39,827 nt of DNA from a virus, in UHGV virus genome UHGV-2125590. One strand, written 5' to 3'. Under the pieces are notes generated by a model that saw only the letters and a program-made list of their open reading frames with translations, searched no databases and had not been told where the DNA came from. Shown here one piece after another: positions 17,844 through 28,435 of this stretch (its first letter is position 1; every line of letters begins with the position of its first letter). A program made the translations under genes and the position numbers.

Positions 17844-18830
17844 ATGGCTGTTAAAGGCTTAACTGCGCTAACGCTGGCTGACTGGGGTAAGCGCGTCGAT
17901 CCAAACGGGAAAGTCGATAAGATTATCGAGCTTCTCAGTCAAACCAACCCAATCCTTCAGGATATGCCTTTTGTTGAAGGAAACCTTCCTACCGGACACC
18001 GAACCACCATTCGTTCTGGTTTACCTTCAGCTACCTGGCGTTTGCTGAACTATGGCGTACAGCCAAGCAAATCAACCACAGTGCAGGTAACCGATTCCGT
18101 TGGCATGCTGGAAACCTATGCGGAAGTCGATAAGTCACTGGCTGATCTGAACGGCAATACCGCCGAATTCCGCCTTTCTGAAGACCGCGCATTTATTGAA
18201 GCGATGAATCAGCAGATGGCGCAGACGCTGTTTTATGGTGATTCCAGCGTTAATCCTCAGCAGTTTATGGGACTGTCCTCCCGCTATTCCAGCCTGTCTG
18301 CGGGTAATGCTCAGAACATCATTGATGCTGGTGGCACGGGTACAGATAACACCTCAATCTGGTTAGTGGTGTGGGGCGAAAACACCGTGCATGGCATCTT
18401 CCCGAAAGGGCAGAAGGCTGGCATCCAGATGGAAGATAAAGGCCAGGTGACACTGGAAGATGCTAATGGCGGCAAGTACGAAGGCTATCGCACCCATTAC
18501 AAATGGGATAACGGACTTGCTCTGCGTGACTGGCGTTATGTTGTTCGCATTGCAAACATCGATGTCAGCAATCTTTCAGAACCATCCTCTGCCGCAAATA
18601 TTGCGAAGTTGATGGTTAAAGCACTACATCGCATTCCAAACCGTGGCATGGGCCGCCCGGTGTTCTACATGAACCGCACTGTAGGCCAGGCTCTTGATCT
18701 GCAGTCTCTGGAGAAAACATCTCTGGCTATCAGCGTAAAAGAGACAGAAGGCGAGTGGTGGACTTCATTCCGTGGTGTACCAATCCGTGAAACTGATGCG
18801 CTTCTGGAAACAGAAGCCCGCGTGGTGTAA
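17844..18830 (+). CDS. major capsid protein
   Basis: About 330 aa directly after scaffold; ATG 17844 has better RBS spacing than 17838; strong terminator downstream of the capsid cluster. Confidence 0.7.
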   Translation: MAVKGLTALTLADWGKRVDPNGKVDKIIELLSQTNPILQDMPFVEGNLPTGHRTTIRSGLPSATWRLLNYGVQPSKSTTVQVTDSVGMLETYAEVDKSLADLNGNTAEFRLSEDRAFIEAMNQQMAQTLFYGDSSVNPQQFMGLSSRYSSLSAGNAQNIIDAGGTGTDNTSIWLVVWGENTVHGIFPKGQKAGIQMEDKGQVTLEDANGGKYEGYRTHYKWDNGLALRDWRYVVRIANIDVSNLSEPSSAANIAKLMVKALHRIPNRGMGRPVFYMNRTVGQALDLQSLEKTSLAISVKETEGEWWTSFRGVPIRETDALLETEARVV

Positions 18831-18881
18831 CGCCTGTTATTAACCTGTGGGTCGTAACAGACCCACTAATGGAGAAAGAAG

Positions 18882-19319
18882 ATGATCACCGACAAACTGT
18901 TGATGTTCTCCGAAGCTCAGGCGGTTACGAATACCGCGGCTTCTACTGACGTAATCGATCTCGGCCCAATTGACGGAAAACGTCGTGATATCGGCGTGGG
19001 TTACCCACTTGAGTTTTGGGCGCTGGTTAACACAGCCGCCGCGGCAAGCGGTGATGCAACTGTAAACATCCAGTTGCAGACGAGTGAGAATAACAGCTCA
19101 TGGACCACTATTTATGATAGTGGCGCACTGGCAAAGACCGCCCTGACAGCAGGTAAACGAGTTGTTTCTGCAAAGGTGCCTGCCGGTGTTCAGCGATATC
19201 TGCGTGTTAACTACTCCGTCGCAACTGGCCCACTAACGGCTGGCAAATTCACTGCGGGTATCAGTCTGGATGTTGATGCCAATACGCCGTACCCGATCCG
19301 CTCAAAAGTAACTGGTTAA
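18882..19319 (+). CDS. hypothetical virion protein (possible capsid decoration)
   Basis: 145 aa; GGAGAAAG RBS. Confidence 0.45.
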   Translation: MITDKLLMFSEAQAVTNTAASTDVIDLGPIDGKRRDIGVGYPLEFWALVNTAAAASGDATVNIQLQTSENNSSWTTIYDSGALAKTALTAGKRVVSAKVPAGVQRYLRVNYSVATGPLTAGKFTAGISLDVDANTPYPIRSKVTG

Positions 19320-19329
19320 GGTGATATCG

Positions 19330-19659
19330 ATGTCAGGTGAGAAACCAAGATACCGCGTTCTGCGCCTCTCTCATATCCATAACACTCTGTGGCCGGAGGG
19401 GGCAGAAATCGAATACGAAGGTGAGCCTGGTAGCGCACTGGAACCTGTTAACGATGCAGCCAGACAGGCAAAAGTTGCAGGAAAGGTGTCAATGGCAGCA
19501 ACCAGCACCAAAATCATCAACGATGTGTCAGATGATGGTGAACTGGATAAGCTCCGTGAAGAGTACGAATTGCTCTTTAACGAGAAGCCACACCATAACG
19601 CTAAAGCCGAAACGCTCCGCGAGAAGATCGCAGATAAGCGTAAAGAACTAGGCGTGTAA
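19330..19659 (+). CDS. hypothetical protein
   Basis: ATG 19330 with AAGGTGA RBS. Confidence 0.45.
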   Translation: MSGEKPRYRVLRLSHIHNTLWPEGAEIEYEGEPGSALEPVNDAARQAKVAGKVSMAATSTKIINDVSDDGELDKLREEYELLFNEKPHHNAKAETLREKIADKRKELGV

Positions 19660-19677
19660 GCCTCGCGAATCCGACAA

Positions 19678-19698
19678 GGGGCTTCGGCCCCTTTATTG
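19678..19698 (+). terminator. rho-independent terminator after the capsid cluster
   Basis: AGGGGC-TTCG-GCCCCT followed by TTATT. Confidence 0.55.
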
Positions 19699-19709
19699 CA
19701 GGAGTGTAT

Positions 19710-20033
19710 ATGGAACTCGTAAACCTCAAAACCGGCACTGACAGCTACCAGGATGAGAGCGGAGAAACCAGAACTCGCGATGAATACCCGTGGGGGCTGT
19801 GCATCACTCTTAATAACGACACATTGAATAAGCTGAAGGCGCAACCTCAGGGCGTCGGAACAGAAGTGATGATAACTGCAAAAGCTGTTATTCGAGGCCT
19901 GTCTGCCAGAGAAACTGACGATGGTGTTAATCGCAGCGCCGATCTGCAGATCACTGATATGGCGATCGCTCCTGTTTCCGGGGATGTAGAAAAATCAGCG
20001 GCTGAAACCCTGTACGGCAATGGGGGTGAGTAA
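19710..20033 (+). CDS. hypothetical virion protein
   Basis: ATG 19710 with GGAG RBS. Confidence 0.45.
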   Translation: MELVNLKTGTDSYQDESGETRTRDEYPWGLCITLNNDTLNKLKAQPQGVGTEVMITAKAVIRGLSARETDDGVNRSADLQITDMAIAPVSGDVEKSAAETLYGNGGE

Positions 20034-20638
20034 TGGCCTCTGTAGTAGAGATCTGCAATCGTGCGCTGTCCAATATTGGCAATAGCCGCAGCATTAACAG
20101 CCTGACGGAAGCCAGCAAGGAAGCGGGGGAATGTTCGCTGCACTTTGAGGCCTGCCGTGATGCTGTGCTTTCTGATTTTGACTGGAACTTTGCTACCAAA
20201 CGCGTGGCGCTTGCAGATACGAGCAATCCACCGCCTGACTGGGAATATGCGTATCAGTACCCGTCCGATTGTCTGCGCATTACTGAAATTATGCTTCCTG
20301 GTGTACGCAATCCAACAGCAGCAATGCGCGTTCAGTACGAAGTTGGTGCAGACACCAACGGAACAGGAAAGTTGATCTACACAGACCAGCCGCAGGCATG
20401 GCTCAAGTATGTCTCTCGCGTTTCAGATGTGAACATGTTTGATGCCATTTTTATGGAGGCGTTGGCCTGGCGTCTTGCGGCAGCTATTAACATGGCGCTG
20501 ACTGGGAATGAAGACCTCGGTACGTTTGCCCTCAATATGTACAATCGCGTGATTCTTAGTGCTGGCTCGCATAGCCAGAATGAATCACAGGAACCACAGC
20601 CACCGGTTGATGAGTTTACCATTGCGAGGTTGTCCTGA
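20033..20638 (+). CDS. T7 gp11-like head-tail adaptor (tail tubular protein A)
   Basis: 201 aa; N-terminus CNRALSNIGNS resembles T7 gp11 ILASIGEPP; position before nozzle gene. Confidence 0.5.
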   Translation: MASVVEICNRALSNIGNSRSINSLTEASKEAGECSLHFEACRDAVLSDFDWNFATKRVALADTSNPPPDWEYAYQYPSDCLRITEIMLPGVRNPTAAMRVQYEVGADTNGTGKLIYTDQPQAWLKYVSRVSDVNMFDAIFMEALAWRLAAAINMALTGNEDLGTFALNMYNRVILSAGSHSQNESQEPQPPVDEFTIARLS

Positions 20639-23109
20639 TGGCTATCAGTTGGATCCAGCCCAGCTTTGCCGGTGGTGAGATTGGACCGTCGTTGTACGGG
20701 CGTATTGACATGGCTAAGTACCAGGTGGCATTGCGCAAGTGCGATAACTTTATCGTGCGGCAGTATGGCGGCGTTGAGAATCGACCTGGTACGCGTTTTG
20801 TCGGTGCCGCCAAATACCCAAATCGGAAATGCCGCCTGATCCCGTTCCAGTTCTCGACGGTTCAGACTTATGCTCTGGAGTTTGGACACCAGTACATGCG
20901 CGTTATCAAAGATGGTGCGTTGGTGCTGAACAGCAGCAATGTTATTTATGAAATTGCCACGCCATATACTGAAGCCGATCTGTTCCGAATTAAATTCACG
21001 CAAAGCGCAGACGTGCTTACGCTGGTTCATCCGGCATACCCGCCGAAAGAGTTGCGCCGCTATGCGCATGACAACTGGCAACTGGTTGATGTGGTAACGA
21101 AGAACGGGCCATTTGAAGATATCAATATTGACGAGTCAGTGACGGTTTATGCCAGCGCCAGCACCGGGACAATTACGCTAACGGCAAGCGCCTCTATTTT
21201 TGGCGCGGAGCAGGTAGGCAAATTGTTCTATCTGGAACAGCCTGCAGTGGATTCTGTGCCGGTATGGGAAACCAGTAAGAGTACGTCGATTGGCGATATT
21301 CGCCGTGCAGACAGTAACTACTATCGCGCCGTTACAGCAGGCAAAACAGGTACTTTGCGCCCTTCGCATACAGAAGGCACATCATGGGATGGCTGGGGCG
21401 GATCCGGTGATGATGATACTGGCATTGAGTGGGAATATCTGCACAGTGGTTTTGGCATTGCCCGTATCACTGCTGCAAATGGAACTACTGCAACTGCCGA
21501 GGTGATTTCCTATATCCCTTCGCAGGTCGTGGGCGAGGATAATGCCAGCTATAAATGGGCTAAATATGCCTGGAACAGTGTTAATGGTTATCCTGGCACT
21601 GTTGTTTATTATCAACAACGTCTTTACTTCGCCGCATCGACTGCGTTTCCTCAGACTATCTGGGCCAGCCGTACCGGGGATTATAAGGATTTTGGCAAAA
21701 GCAATCCTACGCAGGATGACGACAGAATTATCTACACCTATGCCGGACGTCAGGTTAATGAGATCCGCCACCTGATTGATGTTGGTTCTCTGGTGGCGCT
21801 GACTTCCGGAGGTGAGTACGTCATCACCGGCGACCAGAACAAAGTGTTAACCCCATCATCATTTGCATTCAGCTCTCAGGGATCAAATGGCTCAAGCAAC
21901 GTCCCGCCAATTGCCGTGGCGAATATTGCTCTGTTCGTCCAGGAGAAAGGCAGCGTTGTCCGTGATCTGGCCTACTCATTCGATGTTGACGGCTATCAGG
22001 GGAACGACCTGACCATCCTTGCCAATCATCTTTTTCAGAAGCACAGCATTGTTGACTGGTGCTTCTCGATTGTCCCTTACTCCAGTGCCTTCTGCATTCG
22101 TGATGACGGTAAATTACTGGTGATGACCTATTTGCGTGATCAGCAGGTTTTTGCATGGGCACCACAATCCAGTACCGGAAAATATGAAAGCACATGCAGT
22201 ATCAGCGAAGGCAATGAAGATGCGGTGTATTTCGTCGTTAACCGAACCGTTAACGGGCAAACAGTGAGATACATCGAGCGACTGTCCAGCCGTTTATTTA
22301 CCAGCGATGAAGATGCTTTCTTTGTTGATTCTGGCCTTAGCTATGATGGAAGAAATACGTCTGACAGAACGATGATCATCACTGGTGGTTCTGGCGAATG
22401 GGATTACCGCGCGGAATATACAATCAGTGTTTCTGGTGGTGCGTACTTCACCAGTAGTGATGTCGGCGCGCAACTACAGTTCCCTTATACCGGAACGGAT
22501 CCTGATACTGGCGATGAAGTGTCAAAAGAATTACGTTGCGACATTATTTCTGTAACCAGCAATACCGCTGTAGTGGTTCGTCCTAACAGGAACGTCCCGC
22601 CATCCCTCAGGAATGTGGCCACCACGAACTGGCAGATGGCGCGCCGGGCATTTGGCGGCTTGTCTCATCTTGAAGGTCAGACCGTAAACATTCTCTCTGA
22701 TGCGAACGTGGAACCACAGAAAGTGGTTTCCGGAGGTGCCGTCACGCTGGAATCTCCGGGGGCTGTAGTGCACATCGGCCTGCCAATAACTGCTGAATTC
22801 GAAACACTGGATATCAACATTAACGGACAGGAAACGCTGTTGGACAAAAAACAGGTGATCCCCTCCGTTACTCTGGTTGTGAATGCCAGTCGCGGCATCT
22901 GGGCGACTACGCCCGGCGGTAAATGGTACGAATATCCACAGCGTGAATTCGAGTTCTACGATGATCCTGTTGATGATGCTACCGGAAAAGTAGAAGTGAA
23001 ACTGGACAGTAACTGGGGCAAAAACGGGCGTGTAAAAATCCGTCAGCTTGATCCGTTGCCGCTGTCTGTTCTTGCCGTTATTCCTCGTCTTACTGTTGGG
23101 GGATTCTGA
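20638..23109 (+). CDS. T7 gp12-like tail nozzle (tail tubular protein B)
   Basis: 823 aa; internal RLYFAAS...SRTGDYKDF resembles T7 gp12 segment; follows adaptor gene. Confidence 0.55.
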   Translation: MAISWIQPSFAGGEIGPSLYGRIDMAKYQVALRKCDNFIVRQYGGVENRPGTRFVGAAKYPNRKCRLIPFQFSTVQTYALEFGHQYMRVIKDGALVLNSSNVIYEIATPYTEADLFRIKFTQSADVLTLVHPAYPPKELRRYAHDNWQLVDVVTKNGPFEDINIDESVTVYASASTGTITLTASASIFGAEQVGKLFYLEQPAVDSVPVWETSKSTSIGDIRRADSNYYRAVTAGKTGTLRPSHTEGTSWDGWGGSGDDDTGIEWEYLHSGFGIARITAANGTTATAEVISYIPSQVVGEDNASYKWAKYAWNSVNGYPGTVVYYQQRLYFAASTAFPQTIWASRTGDYKDFGKSNPTQDDDRIIYTYAGRQVNEIRHLIDVGSLVALTSGGEYVITGDQNKVLTPSSFAFSSQGSNGSSNVPPIAVANIALFVQEKGSVVRDLAYSFDVDGYQGNDLTILANHLFQKHSIVDWCFSIVPYSSAFCIRDDGKLLVMTYLRDQQVFAWAPQSSTGKYESTCSISEGNEDAVYFVVNRTVNGQTVRYIERLSSRLFTSDEDAFFVDSGLSYDGRNTSDRTMIITGGSGEWDYRAEYTISVSGGAYFTSSDVGAQLQFPYTGTDPDTGDEVSKELRCDIISVTSNTAVVVRPNRNVPPSLRNVATTNWQMARRAFGGLSHLEGQTVNILSDANVEPQKVVSGGAVTLESPGAVVHIGLPITAEFETLDININGQETLLDKKQVIPSVTLVVNASRGIWATTPGGKWYEYPQREFEFYDDPVDDATGKVEVKLDSNWGKNGRVKIRQLDPLPLSVLAVIPRLTVGGF

Positions 23110-23573
23110 TGATCGATGTTCAAATTATTCCCGCAACCGAAGAGCATCTTCAGATGATTTTGCCGGATGTTCGTCAGGCTGATATTGACGAACTGTATGC
23201 GGTATCACTGATGACTACCGAAGATGCGCTGCGTGTTGGTCTGCGTACTGCGACTATGGCCTGGTCAGGATTTGCGAACGGAGAACTGGTAACCATGTTT
23301 GGCGTATCTCCGGCGTCAATGATCGGTGGCAATGGTACGCCCTGGCTGGTAGGAACCAGCCGTATTGAAAAATATCAGAAGACATTTCTTCGCCACTGCC
23401 GCCCTGTATTGCAGCAGATGCTGGCAGTTTATCCGCGCCTGGAAAACTACGTCGACGAGCGAAACCATGTTGCCAAAGCATGGCTGCACTGGCTTGGATT
23501 CAGGCTTGAAGAAGCCGCGCCTTATGGTGCTCTTGGTCTTAATTTCCACAGATTTCACATGGAGAGAAAATAA
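23109..23573 (+). CDS. hypothetical virion protein
   Basis: 154 aa; start overlaps nozzle stop. Confidence 0.4.
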   Translation: MIDVQIIPATEEHLQMILPDVRQADIDELYAVSLMTTEDALRVGLRTATMAWSGFANGELVTMFGVSPASMIGGNGTPWLVGTSRIEKYQKTFLRHCRPVLQQMLAVYPRLENYVDERNHVAKAWLHWLGFRLEEAAPYGALGLNFHRFHMERK

Positions 23574-24118
23574 TGTGCGATCCGGTTATTGCTGGTGGCG
23601 CAATGCTCGCCATGAGTGGCATTCAGGCATACACCCAGTACCAACAGGGAAAGTATGCCTCGAAGGTTGCAGAAGCGAACGCAGATATAGCCACAGCTCA
23701 GGCAAATGATGCAATAAACAGAGGTAACGCTGAAGCTGAGCAACGGCGCAGAGAGACCCGACAGCGGCTTGGTACACAGGCGGCGACAATGGGGGCTACC
23801 GGCGCTGATTTATCTACAGGTAACGCGCTGGATATATTTGGCGACACTGCCCAGTTTGGCGCTCTTGATTCTCTGACGACGGTGAATAACGCGCAACGCG
23901 AGGCTTACGGTTATCAGGTTCAGGCTGCCAACTATAAAGCAGAAGCCAGTTCAGCCCGTAAACAGGGGAATGTGGGAGCAGCAACAACATTGCTCACTGC
24001 GCCTCTGAAGGCATACGGTGCGTACCAGATGTTTGGTGGGACGTGGAGTCCGTTTACTCAAAGCACCCCTGCGCCAATCGGGGCAGCAGCAGGAACCAGA
24101 TTACCCGGAGGATTATAA
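23573..24118 (+). CDS. putative internal virion protein
   Basis: 181 aa, Ala/Gln-rich; GGAGAG RBS; position equivalent to T7 gp14. Confidence 0.4.
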   Translation: MCDPVIAGGAMLAMSGIQAYTQYQQGKYASKVAEANADIATAQANDAINRGNAEAEQRRRETRQRLGTQAATMGATGADLSTGNALDIFGDTAQFGALDSLTTVNNAQREAYGYQVQAANYKAEASSARKQGNVGAATTLLTAPLKAYGAYQMFGGTWSPFTQSTPAPIGAAAGTRLPGGL

Positions 24119-26631
24119 TGCCAGTCGTACCAACAGTATCCGGCCGTCAGGTTCAGAGCCGTGGAGTTCAGTCAGCAGGCTTGCAGACGTTTTCTCAGCC
24201 AGGTATTGGTGATGCTTTTGTTCGGGCAGGGACAGAGGCAATTGATGTTTTTGGTCAGGCAAAACAGCGTGCCAATATCGCTCTGGCTCAGGAGGCATCT
24301 CTTAACCTCAGTCAGATAAGCAGTGATCTGCTGAATAATCCTGAAACAGGATTGCTTAACCTGAAAGGGAAAAATGCTATTGGAAAAGGTCAGGAGTATA
24401 CGCAGCAGTTTGATGCTCAGGTCGAACAACTGGCTATGTCGCTGCCGGATGAACAGGCTCGTAATGCTTTCATGCAGCAGGCGCAGCAGCAGCGCATTCA
24501 GTTCACTACGCAGGCAGGGCGGCACGAGATAGGGCAAATAAATGCCTACGAAGAAGGCCAGTTTCAGGCTACGCTGCTGAACAATGGTAAAAATGCCGCA
24601 GCATTGTATGGCGACAACGCCGCATACGTATTGGCTAATAAGCAAACTTTCCAGCAAATTGAGGATTACGGCATTGCACATGGCTGGAGTGACGAGCAAA
24701 TCCAGGCCAAGAAAATCGAGTTTAAAGAGAAGGTTGCTGATGCTGCATTGTCCCAGTGGTCGGCAAACAATGCGACCGCATTCATCCAAAGTAATGGCGA
24801 GTTAAGTGATACTGCTGCTGGAGCTCGCCGTGCTGTAGCAGATAGTGACTCTTCCGAGCGTGCCCGTGGCATACGCAACAATAACCCAGGAAATCTCGAA
24901 TACAGCAAAACTAATCCGTGGGTAGGCCAGACCGGTGATGATGGTCGATTTGCTAAATTCGAAACACCTGAACACGGGATTCGTGCATTAGGGCGGAACC
25001 TGATGTCGTATCAGAGGCAGGGTATTGATACCGTCAGCGAGATAATTAATCGCTGGGCACCGCCTACTGATAAAAATGACACTATGTCGTATATCAAAGC
25101 AGTGTGCGAACAACTTGGCGTTTCTGCTGATGAGCCTCTCGATGCATCTAATCCTGATACCCTGAAGGCGCTTTGTGCAGCCATTATCCATCATGAGAAC
25201 GGTAGCCAGCCATACAGTGATCAGCAGTTAACTGCTGGTGTCAGTGCAGCACTTGGTTTATCAACAATTCCAACCAACACCAAACGCTATACCGGTAATG
25301 CAGCATTCGATGCGGCATCTCCTGAGGCGCAGGCAAGTTTTATGCGACAGGCGGATCAACTGCGTCGGCAGCAGCAGGCTGAATATAAAACGATGATTGA
25401 CAGCAAGGTTCGCGATGCGACAGCTGCGTATATGCGGGGCGTTGAATTTCCTAACCCACCTGGTGAGGCTGATTTTATTGCAGCTTATGGGGTCAGAGAA
25501 GGAAACCTGCGATATACCGAGTTCAGAAATACGCAAATCGCCGGACAGTATATAGGCTCTTTCCGCAACATGCCGACAAGCAGCATTACAGCATATGTTG
25601 AGCAATTACGCCCGGATACTGGTGAGACAGGGGAGGGTTATGCGGCACGAGCCGCTCTTTATGACAACGTTGTGTCGGCTGCAAGCCAGGTGATAAAGCA
25701 GCGACAGGCTGATCCTGTACAGTTCTCTCTTGCCGCCGGACAGGCAAAGCCTATCGACATGAGCAATAAGGATAACTTTGGACAGAGCGTTGCCTTGCGT
25801 GCTGCTCAGGTCAGTGACCTTGCTAAGTCATATGGCACTCCACTGACGTTCTTTTCCAAAGACGAGGCCAATCAGATCGGTGTTTTCTTTCGTGATGCTC
25901 CAGTTTCCCAACAGGCAGCATATCTCGATACCATCAGGCAGAGCACTGGTGGTGGGCAGGTGTATATGTCAGCACTACAGCAGATCAGTGCCAACGCTCC
26001 ATCTGCTGCCGTTGCCGGGATACTGATGGACAAGCCTGGTGGTATTTTGGCAGAAAAAAACTGGTTTAATCCGGATGTTTCCGTGTCTCCTGAAACCGCT
26101 GCGCAGACAATTCTTACTGGCGCGGCGGCTCGTAAAGGTACTGATGATGCGAAAGGTATTCCGATGCCTAAAGATGCTGATCTTCGCCTTGAGTTTTCTG
26201 ACATGGTGAAGGATGCATTTGCTGGTGATGCTCAGGGGGCATCAATGGCATACGAGATCGCAAAGGACTATTACGCTGGTGTGATGGCGAAAAAAGGCGT
26301 GATATCAGGCGAAATTGACACTGATATCTGGAAGCAGGCTGTTAACGTAGCTACAGGTGGCGTGCATGACTATAACGGAATGGGGAATGTCCTTTTGCCG
26401 TGGGGAATGTCTGCAGAGCAATTCGATAAGCAGGTTAATCAGGCTTGGAATGAACAAGTGGTCGGCACCGGGATAAAAACACCGCCTGGTCAGTATGGTT
26501 TGCAAAGTTACGGCGATAGTCAGTACCTGGTGAAACTTGGTACTGGTTATCTGCTGAAAGATGATGGTTCTCCTGTTGTTCTTGATCTGACACAGAAGCG
26601 TCAGAGATTCTCCGGAGATATTCCGCAATGA
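24118..26631 (+). CDS. internal virion / DNA-ejection protein
   Basis: 838 aa from ATG 24118 (GGAGG RBS); contains RNNNPGNLEY...RFAKFETPEHGIRALGRNL segment. Confidence 0.5.
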   Translation: MPVVPTVSGRQVQSRGVQSAGLQTFSQPGIGDAFVRAGTEAIDVFGQAKQRANIALAQEASLNLSQISSDLLNNPETGLLNLKGKNAIGKGQEYTQQFDAQVEQLAMSLPDEQARNAFMQQAQQQRIQFTTQAGRHEIGQINAYEEGQFQATLLNNGKNAAALYGDNAAYVLANKQTFQQIEDYGIAHGWSDEQIQAKKIEFKEKVADAALSQWSANNATAFIQSNGELSDTAAGARRAVADSDSSERARGIRNNNPGNLEYSKTNPWVGQTGDDGRFAKFETPEHGIRALGRNLMSYQRQGIDTVSEIINRWAPPTDKNDTMSYIKAVCEQLGVSADEPLDASNPDTLKALCAAIIHHENGSQPYSDQQLTAGVSAALGLSTIPTNTKRYTGNAAFDAASPEAQASFMRQADQLRRQQQAEYKTMIDSKVRDATAAYMRGVEFPNPPGEADFIAAYGVREGNLRYTEFRNTQIAGQYIGSFRNMPTSSITAYVEQLRPDTGETGEGYAARAALYDNVVSAASQVIKQRQADPVQFSLAAGQAKPIDMSNKDNFGQSVALRAAQVSDLAKSYGTPLTFFSKDEANQIGVFFRDAPVSQQAAYLDTIRQSTGGGQVYMSALQQISANAPSAAVAGILMDKPGGILAEKNWFNPDVSVSPETAAQTILTGAAARKGTDDAKGIPMPKDADLRLEFSDMVKDAFAGDAQGASMAYEIAKDYYAGVMAKKGVISGEIDTDIWKQAVNVATGGVHDYNGMGNVLLPWGMSAEQFDKQVNQAWNEQVVGTGIKTPPGQYGLQSYGDSQYLVKLGTGYLLKDDGSPVVLDLTQKRQRFSGDIPQ

Positions 26632-28430
26632 GTTACTTTGGCCTTAATCCAGTAAACCAGAATCAGCAACTTGACGAAGCAGCATCAAATCCAGCGGGCT
26701 TTAACAGCGATGTTGGTTTTTTCGACAATGCTGTAGGAGCGGCATTGTCTGGTTTGTACTCCGGGCTGGTGGCAAAGCCAGATCAGTTGCTATGGGCAGG
26801 GATGGATAAAATCGTATCCCCGATTGCTCAGTTTATTAACGAAAACACCTCGCTCAATGATACTTCAGTTTCATACATTGCCGAGCAGAGAAAACTAGCA
26901 GAGCAGCAGGTTAAGCGGCTGACGCCTGATGCCGCGACAACCGGAACCGCCGGGCAGGTTCTTTATGGGTTGTTCGATATGGGCGGGCAGGCTGTTGTCG
27001 GTACAACGCTCGGTGGTCCTGTCGGAGGTGCGGCGGCGGTAACTTCGCTACAGGGTTTTTCTGAGTTTGAACGGCTGACAGCACTGGGTGTTGATTTCAG
27101 GACGGCGCAGGAAGCGGGATTAGTGCAGGGCATTACTGCTGGTGCCGGAACACTGATCCCTATGAGCCTCGGGTTACGTGCTGGTGGTGCGCTGGCGGAA
27201 GGTGTGGCGGCTCAGCTTGCGCGGACGGGTGAGAGTTCAGTGCGACGCGCCGCAGCAACAGCAGTACGTGCAACGCCAGATATTGCCTATGCCGCAGGTA
27301 CAAATATTGCGTTCGGTATGGCACAGCGTGGGCTTACTGCAAAAACACTTCGTGATGGTGGCTATAGCGAAATGGCTAACCAGTATGATGTGTTGGATCG
27401 ACAGGCAATTGCTATTGATGCTGTTCTTGGGGTGGCGTTTGGTGGTGTCGGCAGATTTATTAACTCTCGCGGCGAGTCTACAAACGCACCAAATTTTTCA
27501 CCAGTTGATATCGATGCTGCACTGGCGGCGAATGCCGCTCATCATGCTGAAATTGATATTGCGCCCGGCGTGCCGATCAACGTGCTTTCGCGCAATTCTC
27601 ACATTCAGGCTCTGCGAAAAGCTATGTCTGATGTTAGCCAGGGGAGACCTGTAGACGTTGCCAGCATTGTTGAGTCTGCATCTTTCAGTGAAATTCCTGG
27701 GCGCAAGAGTCTGCTGTCTCAGGCAGTTAATGAGGCTCTGTCATCTGTAGATGATGGAGTAACGGCGCGTGCTATAGAAAATCGGTTGCTTGAAGAACAG
27801 GCCGCGCAGCTTTTGCCGCGTGGAGATAGACAGGTTTACCAGTCTGAAATCGCTAATAGCCAACGAATTATTGAAAATCTCACTGAACAGCGTGCACAAA
27901 TTCTTGCAGAAGAGCCAACCGGTAGCGGTAAAGCTTTGTCTCGTGCTCGATCAGATAAACAGGCCAGACTTCGCGATATTGATCAACGAATCCGGCAGGC
28001 ACAAGAACGCCTGGAATTTTCCCGTAACGCGTTGGCACCGCACGAGCCTGGCGGTCAGCTTTTTGAAGCTCGAGCAGAACTGGCTCGGAGACAGCAGGCA
28101 GAAAGTGAACTTAATGCTCAGGCTGTTTCATTCTATAAAACAGCAGAGGTCAGGACGCCAGACGAAGTAGCTCCTTTTGAGCCTGATAAAATATTGCAAC
28201 AGGCAGAACAAAAAATGATGTCAGATAAGGCAGGAGATATTGATCTGCGCATAGCTGAAGACTCGCTGCTTGAATCACCTGACATGATAATCACCGTGCT
28301 GGATGATGATGGTAATCCACAATCGCGCAGCGCGCGTGAAGTACTGGATGAAGCGAACAGGGAAAGTGAGCAGGCAATACAGGATTCAAGCCTGTTTGAT
28401 GTCGCTGTGGCGTGTTTCTTGAGAGGTTAA
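26628..28430 (+). CDS. internal virion / DNA-ejection protein
   Basis: 600 aa; Gly/Ala-rich N-terminal region and coiled-coil C-terminus. Confidence 0.5.
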   Translation: MSYFGLNPVNQNQQLDEAASNPAGFNSDVGFFDNAVGAALSGLYSGLVAKPDQLLWAGMDKIVSPIAQFINENTSLNDTSVSYIAEQRKLAEQQVKRLTPDAATTGTAGQVLYGLFDMGGQAVVGTTLGGPVGGAAAVTSLQGFSEFERLTALGVDFRTAQEAGLVQGITAGAGTLIPMSLGLRAGGALAEGVAAQLARTGESSVRRAAATAVRATPDIAYAAGTNIAFGMAQRGLTAKTLRDGGYSEMANQYDVLDRQAIAIDAVLGVAFGGVGRFINSRGESTNAPNFSPVDIDAALAANAAHHAEIDIAPGVPINVLSRNSHIQALRKAMSDVSQGRPVDVASIVESASFSEIPGRKSLLSQAVNEALSSVDDGVTARAIENRLLEEQAAQLLPRGDRQVYQSEIANSQRIIENLTEQRAQILAEEPTGSGKALSRARSDKQARLRDIDQRIRQAQERLEFSRNALAPHEPGGQLFEARAELARRQQAESELNAQAVSFYKTAEVRTPDEVAPFEPDKILQQAEQKMMSDKAGDIDLRIAEDSLLESPDMIITVLDDDGNPQSRSAREVLDEANRESEQAIQDSSLFDVAVACFLRG

Positions 28431-28435
28431 ATTAA

